A stretch of DNA of 57,111 nucleotides, the filler included, from Sluysia triapertura (Eukaryota): NCBI GenBank assembly GCA_046118255.1. It is 4 parts of 4 records of this genome, joined end to end, with 100 filler letters (N's around TTAATTAATTAA, not from the genome) between each part and the next. Parts side by side here need not be neighbours in the genome. Positions count along the whole stretch, not along the records: positions 38,827 to 57,111 come from JBJNIA010160820.1; 3 more parts are not named here. The stretch is one strand, 5' to 3'. Below the pieces are notes generated by a model, which saw only the letters and a list, made by a program, of their open reading frames with translations, did not search any database and was not told the DNA's origin. The position numbers were made by a program, and so were the translations under genes. Positions 48,501 to 57,111 of this stretch are shown in pieces (position 1 is the stretch's first letter; every line of letters starts with the position of its first letter).

Positions 48501-51500
48501 AAGGATGAAGAAATATTAGTTTTACTAAAAGCAGCTGTGGAATATTTGTTTAGAATTAGGCAAAATAATAGAGCTATTAATGAAGAAATTCGATTATCTA
48601 CTTGTAAAGCTTTTGAGAAATTTGTAAATTTTTCAGAAATACCTTCTATATTCTTAAAAGATAATGATGAAAAGCAATGCAAATGTTAGTTTTATTTTTA
48701 AAAATATTCTTTGTAATAAATATTTGTTGTGTCATTCCTTAAAGTATTGTCAACGATATATTCTAAAAAGTTATTTAATTAAGACTAAACACACCGTCGG
48801 TCTATCTATACCAATTCTTACCAGCAAAGGTCAAATGACCCATGTCTATAAAATCCTATCCAATTATTTCATTTATATCTAATAATAACTGTTATAGTTT
48901 TTCCTTATTTTGATTTAAGTTTTGGATAAATTTATTCCACACTTCAGGGCAAATTTATCAGTTTCTAGGCGTTTGCTTCATTGGATTTTATTATCAACTC
49001 AGTTCAATTGAATAATCTCAGAAAGCATTTCTGCTCATAATTTTTGCGAAAAATGTAGGTCTCCATTTCTTATTCCACAGAAATGGTATGAACCACATGC
49101 ACAGAGAATACCAATCATTCTCTTGATAAAGTTATCAAATATTTTTTACACTTATCTGGAATTGTTCGTTCACTCGTCGTAGATGGAACGATGGAAGTGC
49201 AAAATTTGATTGCCTAGATTCTAAACACTTAAAAACGTTACAGTTGAGTTGTTTGAACAGCAAATATCTTTAAGTGAATTTAATTAAATTTCATTAGGAA
49301 GAATTTTACTAGCAAAAGTTTTATTAGTAGTTATTATTATTATTATTAGTCGTTATTTATCTTAACGACATTCTTATTTAATTTAGAAGACCTACGAAAT
49401 CCAGACAATCTTTATTAGATTTTATAAAATTACAAAATTTGTGCTTACGGCAAATCAAAACGTTCGTACTCTGCTTGTGAGGGCGAATAAAATAAAAATA
49501 GACCAAAATTGTTTTATTAAAATGTAGAAATTACATCAATATAGTCATTTTTAAAATACGACAGAGAAACATAAGGCTAAAAGAAAAGATCTTACACTTG
49601 TAATATATCCTGTATCCAAGTATTCTCACTCTAATGGCACGACGAATATCTGCGACGCTTGATATGTCCTTAAAGTACGCATACAATTGCACCATGGGTT
49701 TGCCTAAAAGATATCTTAATCATCTTTAAATAATTCAAATGATTGAAATTGGTGTTATAGCTCGGTTGATGACACGAGTATTTGATAACATAAAAGGAAA
49801 AACTGGTAAATACAATTCTTAATTCAAAATTACCGCCGGACTGTATTAAGAAAATTATAATCACTTCAAAACAATTCAAATGTTTCAATTCCATGTCCTT
49901 ATATTGTTTATAATACAAATAGTGCATAACGTAAAAAACATGATCATGAGAGATATTTTGTGCGACTTCGCAATGTTCATTTTTACGACGAACGGTGAGC
50001 TCTAGTAATTTGTAAACGACGTTATTTGATAATATATCAATTATAACATTGCTATACTTATGAATAGATTTAATAGAAATAATCAAAAATGGTAATTTAA
50101 TTAAATCTTCATGAATGTTATCGTATGAAGTATTTATACATTGGTCTAAGTTTTGTTAAACTATTCAAATCGAAGTTAGACTTCAAGCCGGAAATTTCTA
50201 ATTTAAATTCATGACTAGCTTTAGAAGTCGATTTCAAAAGATGTTTAAATTCACTTCTGTGACTCTGTCTGTCTTTTTGTTAGTGCCTGAAGATATAGTT
50301 TATAATTTATAACCTTTTTCAGATATTCAGTCATAAGGGACTTCTTGTGATACTGCATCCTTTAATCGACGATTATTCGATTTGTGCTCATACCTATGCT
50401 TTATATTTAGGTTCATCTTAGCACAATTCAAATTTATAGGCTCCAATTCATCGAAATCAAGTTTCACGCTTTCAATAATTCTTCAAAAACAGTCATCTGA
50501 CTCCTCATCGCCTTTGAAACATTCAACACGTCTGGTACAATTCCTTTTAGTCTTTATTTCAAAATCTTTTTCCGCAACATCAGCCTCATTTAGTAGCATA
50601 ACAATCGTTTTATCAACGGATTTTGAATGCTAACACTCTCTTGCAGTATCCATAATTTTCTCAAAATTGGGTTTTTTATATAACATTTCGATTTAGCATT
50701 AATAAGTTAAAAATTTTCGTACATTCTTTCCTTAAAAAAATTTTTTTAAACTTTTTCCAAAATATTAATATTTAAACATTTAAATATTTAATATTTAAAT
50801 AACATAAATAGACCTTTTCTTTACATATTTTTTTGTTTTCTTTCTTTATAATTTTTTTCTTCTGACTTTCTTTTCCCTTTACAATGAGATAAACCAAACA
50901 ATTCTTCTCTCTCATTCGACAAAACACAAAAGCCTTCTGACATTTAACTTTTAACGAATATTGCATTTATGTTTCGGAAGCCCAGGATTATGTAGTCCTT
51001 GGTGCATTCTAATACTTATCTTAAATCAAATATTTTTTCGCATATATCTCAGTTATATTGATTAAATTTCCAATTTAAAATACATAAAAAGTACAAAAAT
51101 ACCAAATAGTTAGAATAGTAATAAAAGTTATTACAAAGTATAGTTTTAGAATTAGCTCTGTCAGGTGATAAAGAAAGGCGATAATATAATACAATAAAAG
51201 GGTAGTGTTGCAGTGATGATGAGGTGACAACAAGCGTTACGTATTATATAAAAAATCTTAATAAAAAAGATTTTATTATGTATTTATGATTTGCCAATGA
51301 TAAAAGATGTAATAATACAAATATTGTGAATGAATTTTATTTTAATGTGATTTTCATTTGTGATGAGATTTATGTGGTTGATGGTTGTAGTGGATGAGAT
51401 GTGTGTGATATAATAGGCTGTAACACCACATACCTTTCTTTAATTAAGAAAAACGCTGAATTTACACAAAATATATTACACTAAATTGTTAACATCGTAA

Positions 51501-54443
51501 ATAAAATAGTTTATACAAAATACGAAATGCTCGTATTCTAAAATTGAATCAATCAAATATCGTCTATAGTTAATCAGTTAAGTTAATTAATTTTACAATT
51601 GAATACCCTTTTTCTTCGGATTGACTTCTTAAAATAATACTTTTCGGGATATGATAATTGACAATTAACTTTTTTTTCGGAATTGATAAATGACTTATTT
51701 AATAATACCTTTTCGAAATGATTTGTCGGCGAAAATGTATCTCTATTTATATCCATGGAATAAATTATTATTCCATGAAATGCGTTGTAATTACTTTTTT
51801 CCATTAAATTATTTTGTCTAATTACTTATTTGAATGAAAATCCATTAAGTATTTCTTCTTTCTTCAATCCATTAGGTATTAATTACTTTTCTTTATAATC
51901 CATTAAATAATTAACTATTTTTGTTTTCTTTTAAAATTTTGTATTATTTAATAATTAAATTTTATATGTAAAATAATTAATTTAAATTTTATGTAAGGAT
52001 TAATTTAAATTTGAAATGGAGATTAAACTAAATTTGAAATGAGTTTTTATTTTATTTTTTTTTAATTTTAGTTAATATTTTTTTGTTTTTATATATTTTT
52101 ATTTTATTTACATAATAAAATCACGCAACTTTTCCAAAGACAATTTCCATTCAATTACAGTTATCAGAATGCTTCTGCTTCGGTGTATTTTATTATTTTT
52201 TTCAACAAACTGTTATCAATATTCAATGAAAATGCACTTAACTTTTGCTTTCGTAACATTTACTGTTTCCGTGCGAAAGGCAGGCAGGTTGTGAACCACT
52301 GTATCTTTCTTGCCAAATTGTCCCTTCTGCTGCTATATCTAAATCCTCTTCCTGGATATATTTTGAATTCGAATGATTGCTTGTATTTGTCGTCTTTACG
52401 TATTTTCAAAGTATTCAAATCCTCTATCATTTTCGGTGGCCTCAAATTCCTCTGTTGTGTCAAATGAATTATCCACACTTTCTGATAGCTCTGAATCTCT
52501 ACATTTTGAACTCTCTTCATTTATATTCGTAATCTTTTCTAGTAACATGTTATGTCGTATAATGTTGGACATTTTGGGGATAAAAGCAAGGAAACAGTAA
52601 TTGAAAATTTTGTATCCAGATAAATAATGCTGAGTTCTAGACTAAACTGTAAATAATAAAAGATCCAGGACTAGTCTACCGATGACTCAATGTAGCAAAT
52701 AAATTACGCGACAAAATATAATATTACCATTAATGTTAGCAATTATACGTCGTAATAAAAATGAGGTACTACAACAAAAAATAAACAATTGAAAATGTAA
52801 TATTCAAAAGTAATCAACCTTAAAAAGCGTAAAAAACATGACTTCATAGACTTTGTTATTGGGTAGGCACATGAATGGGTGTTATACCTCTACATGTATA
52901 TTTAATAACATTATTTTGTTAACTTTTTTTACATTTATAAACATTATAAGTAACCTGAAAACCTCATATCTACATAGATTTAAGTCACAGTAGTTTATGC
53001 AGGGTTGCATTTTTTCTTGAAAAAGAAGGAATTATTGTTTTAAGAATAGTCATTGCAAAAAAATTAATATAATTGGTGGTTTAGTAAAAAATCATATAAT
53101 AACCCTTAAATGGGTCAATACACCCGCCACGGTATGTTTAGTGTTAAGTGAATAGTAATAAGTTCTTTATTCATTTCAAAAGCTTTTATTATCTAGAAAA
53201 GTAAATATATAAAACCATTATATAATGCCATTATATTGACAGATTTTATATGGTTAATTTATATAGTTTACTTATAATATCAAAATAATTATTAATTGTT
53301 AAATACTGTGTATTCTTCTTTGGGCATTTAATTATTCAATGTATATTTAAGTATTTCATACTGTTTAATAAACCACATTTTGATATTTTACTTTGAGAAT
53401 GGAGTTAATTCACGTTTTTTATGTTTTTCATCACGTACCGTCTTAATAGGTAATAATTTTGCATATATCGTATGTAATTTATATATTTTTATATTTATGG
53501 TAATTGAAAACTATAGTGTATGATGTACGAACCAAGAAAATGAACCATCAAAGTATACAATATAATTGCTTTAATATAATTTAGATTTATACGACAATTT
53601 TATAAGGCCTGAGAAGAGGGAACCAATGAAAATTTATCCTCGAATGCTAGTTTTCAAAATTATACTAGATTTTGTTAAGAATGTCTATGAATTAGAAAGT
53701 AACGTTAGAATTTCGAATGCGGACAGATCTTTAACTGAAATAGTAGGACTTCGTAAAGTATTTTTAACCAAGCCAAAATTTAAAAAGTTCAAATTATGGG
53801 GTAGTATTGATGAGTAAGTTATTTAACATAATTTTTATATAATGTTGAATAAAAAAATTTGAACTAAAATTTTTAAATTCCAAATCAACACATTTATTCT
53901 CCAATTCATTTATGTTAATTCAAATACAAGTGAATGTAAAAATGTTATAACGAACGCTAAAATGTGTCTTATTGAATTAATTAATTTATGTTTTACAGGA
54001 TAATATGGAGGAAATTTTCGATTGACTGTAAACTTCTTCCAAAACAAGGAGTGATCAGAAATTACAACAGTTTATATAAATTTACTTTTATAGAATTTAT
54101 GGTTAATATTTGTGTTGAGATATCGTCTGCATATAAAAACGTCAAATTTAAATTGTTTTTAATTAAATGTAAAATTTTTAATTCATCGAATTTATTTAGA
54201 CCCGATACAATAGAATGTCTTGAACGTTTAGTGCATAATGAATTATGTGATGTGCATTTATTGTCCAGTTATCATGATGGTTCTGAACGAAAAGAAAGAC
54301 CGCAGTTAAGTAAAATTAAAACCTGGTGCTTAAATAAACATAAAAATTTTATTGATGGCCTTATAGTATACGAATTGTTTAGAAAAGACGATACAGGTTA
54401 TCCCGATATAGTTTTAAACGAACTTGAATTTTTAAATGCTTGA
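42572..54443 (+). CDS. Unidentified 8-exon gene, about 737 aa (exons 42572-42586, 42635-42731, 42860-42941, 43332-43485, 44055-44660, 48099-48684, 53585-53813, 53999-54443)
   Basis: All seven GT-AG junctions are phase-compatible and give one open frame. The product has an acidic tract, a predicted coiled-coil stretch and a globular-looking C-terminus. The start exon and a possible extra intron in the last exon are uncertain. Confidence 0.65.
46090..46460 (-). pseudogene. Possible AWS/SET/post-SET methyltransferase relic inside an intron
   Basis: CDCTEAAICNSTNGCMCKFLK..ERIQR (AWS-like), THCEN in an alternate frame (compare NHSCxPN), and NCDCAS (post-SET-like). Heavily deleted. Confidence 0.35.
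48783..53143 (-). mobile_element. piggyBac element with both termini, transposase split by a 3-kb insert
   Basis: TTAA at 48779-48782 and 53144-53147. TIRs GACTAAACACACCGT and CACTAAACATACCGT. Transposase SAFSLNIDNSLLKKIIKYTEAEA..WKLSLEKLRDFI (about 52240-52114) resumes as IGILCACG..FAKIMSRNAF..KRLETDKFA..VWNKFIQN (about 49115-48918). Confidence 0.8.
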
Positions 54444-54949
54444 TTTTTCGTAAATAAAAATTGGTATGCTCTTAATTTAATTTAGTAATAAATATGCAGT
54501 GCTTTATGTATATTACCGTGTTACAAAATTATATATAAAGAAATTTTGCTTGTGGGTGTTTCGATATGATGTAAAAATCAATAACAATAGTAAAATAATG
54601 TAAATAATTAATGATACCATTGAATGTTCAAAAAATGAAGTGCTAATGTTGAAACAGTTAATAATATAATTTTTTTGATAGATCTTTTAATAGATTAATG
54701 TATGATTATTAAATGAAAGTAATTAACAAATGCTTGATTACGAATGAATGAATAAATATTGCTGTTTAAAAGTAGTATTTTAATTGTATTGGAATGATTA
54801 TATGCATCTAAATGTATGACAAATAATACTGAATGTGCTAATATTACATAATTTTCATGTAAATAAGTATTAATATTAATACAAATTATAATATATTCGG
54901 TTCCGGTCAATAATCTTTAATTGGCGTTAAATTCATAAATCAAAAAATT

Positions 54950-55320
54950 AAAAAGCCCTTTCCACACCCCACTATCTGCGCAATTGTCTACATTGGGACA
55001 AATTCTTTCTTGTTATTGATAATAATAGATAATAATACATATTTCTGTGTCAAACTCAATGACATAGAACCTCTGCTTATTCCTCCTCTTTCTAAATATG
55101 TTGATACACCCACTACCATACGACTACTGTTGTATCCCAAATTCCTACTCTTTACTCTTACTACTTTCCTAAAAATAATCTTAGAAAGGCTTTGTGTTAT
55201 AGAAGGCACCACCACTAATTATGAAGCTAATTTATCCTGCACCACGATTGATGAGTGTCTTGCTGTTGAGCTTATACCCAACGAGCATCCTGAAAGTTCT
55301 TATTTGGGATCATAAAAGTA
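54950..55320 (-). mobile_element. Merlin/IS1595-like transposase relic
   Basis: RKVVRV..S..YNSSRMVVG..GGISRG, RFYVIE and ..PN..WKG resemble KIVEIDESKFGKRKYNRGR..GGIERG..SDxWKGY. Many disruptions. Confidence 0.45.
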
Positions 55321-57034
55321 ATATGAATTATAAAAGTAATAATTCTATGATTGGATTTAATTAATTTTTTTATTAAATTAAATTAATAAATCAATTTTGT
55401 TATCATTTTCAACGCGAATATACTGGTACATAGCCTGCAGGCTTAGCCATTTTTTGAGGAAGCTTCGGTTTGTTCGACATCTTTTGCATTATCTAAATGC
55501 CTTCGATAGTCGATACTTTTCATCATCACTTCGATAGTCAACTATTTTGGGCAATGCTTACATTACTTCTTCTGAAGCTTGTGGTAAAAATGCTTCTAAT
55601 TCTGATGGCCGCCATTTCTATTAAATCCCAGTCTTTCGATAAGTGTGTTCTTAACAAACTGTTCGCCTTTATTCTTTTTTTGAAAACTCCGAATGCAAAT
55701 TATATGTATCTGGAGCTGATACCAAATGGTAGTCGATGATTAATAAAAGTTTATATTTAGTTTAGTAAAAGTATCCAAATCTACTCGTGTCTCACAGGCA
55801 CCAGTTTCTAAATTTCAATTCATTAAGCAATTTTTCGATCGTAATTTGTTGATTTCAGAGTGTTAGTTTGTTCCGTTTTTTGTGAACTCTGATTCACGAA
55901 TAATGTCTTTTGTGTGATATAAAGTATTAGGTATTCGAGAATGAATGGGACTATAGAAGAGCTATTCAGAAAATTACCTAGCGTTATCACTGTAAACAAT
56001 ATATACCGAAAAGTTTCACTTTTTCGTATTTCTTTAATTGCAAGATGAACATCTGAGAGTGATTCGAGAATATCTTGTTCTGTAGACTAGAAATGCATTT
56101 GAAATAACTACCCTTCGAGTCAAAATTTAAGAAGATTGATTGATTGAGTTCGTATAAAAATTTTTCCACACCATGACTAAATTCTGAATTCTTCATAGTT
56201 TCATTTATTACTTTTTTGATTTATGATCTTAAATTTTAATTTTATTATCTCCACAAGATAAGAATTTGCCACAAAACTCATCTTTGGATAATTGCTAGAT
56301 AATATTAAGACGGAAATTCGACAGAAATTTATGTTCAATTTTGATAAATAAAACCGACTCAATTGAGTCGAATTCCCGACTTCATAGCAATTATCTAAAC
56401 ACTACATAAAGAACGACATTTTTCTATCATTTAACATAAAATAAAAGAATATTATAACTTTTGCTGTAAGAAGGCTGATTCAACACAGTAGTGGCAAACA
56501 CTGATTGAATCTTAAAATTCTTTAGAAATCGGACTAAATTTTATTTAAAGGCCCAACTTATTGGTGGTTAGTTGAGTTCTGAGCTCTAATATTTATTATA
56601 TTTTGAGTATCGCTGAGATTGAGTATTATAAATGAATTAATTATCATAAAAGACTGTGTATATTACTTAATCATTATGTGATTTTATTGTGATATATTTG
56701 TAATATATTGAGATTGAGACTCATTAAATTGTCTTCTAAAATTTAGAGAGTATTAAAAAAGATAAAAAAAACAATTTTAATATCTCATCAACATACAATC
56801 ACCGAACAAGTCAAAATATTTAACAAAACTTTGAATCATAATCACATATTCTGTTATCAAATATTCCTTTGTAGTTTCTGTGCACAACATCAAGCTTAAA
56901 CATTCCATATTTATATAGTTTTTTTTGTTTACGCAATTCAGTATCATTGCAGACTGAACCTACTCAACTACTCAAAAACACTAGATACACAATCATATTT
57001 AGAAAGAAATAAGCTTTATTTCTATATGCAAAAG

Positions 57035-57036
<2 letters not shown>

Positions 57037-57088
<52 letters not shown>

Positions 57089-57111
57089 CATAATCATAAT
57101 CATAATCATAA
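57037..57111. repeat. Compound microsatellite (TAA)n followed by (TCATAA)n
   Basis: Read directly from the sequence; it runs to the window end. Confidence 0.95.

Overview
This is very AT-rich eukaryotic (animal-type) genomic DNA from a draft scaffold with three artificial 100-nt gap spacers (N44-TTAATTAATTAA-N44). Host genes have tiny GT-AG introns of 29-37 nt. That fits a compacted invertebrate genome such as an orthonectid or dicyemid, which is inference only. Apparently intact genes are MRPL41, a CWC21/SRRM2-family splicing factor, BLOC1S4/cappuccino, and an unidentified 8-exon gene of about 737 aa at 42.6-54.4 kb. Most other sequence is decayed transposons (two Mag/CsRn1-type Gypsy elements, a Utopia/NeSL-like RLE LINE, CR1/L2 LINEs, hAT, piggyBac, mariner, Merlin, MITEs, solo LTRs) and gene relics (an EME1-OST3/TUSC3 chimera, an NPH3-type BTB gene, a SET-like fragment). 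The main finding is a Gypsy Gag carrying a ubiquitin-like domain with a one-base-degenerate di-Gly end, just upstream of its capsid domain, which suggests host-DUB-dependent Gag processing. Also notable are a + strand cluster of pre-miRNA-like hairpins at 40.6-41.7 kb, a plant NPH3/RPT2-like BTB gene in an animal-type genome, and a piggyBac split by about 3 kb of host-like cargo. All family assignments are by-eye motif recognition; no searches were run.
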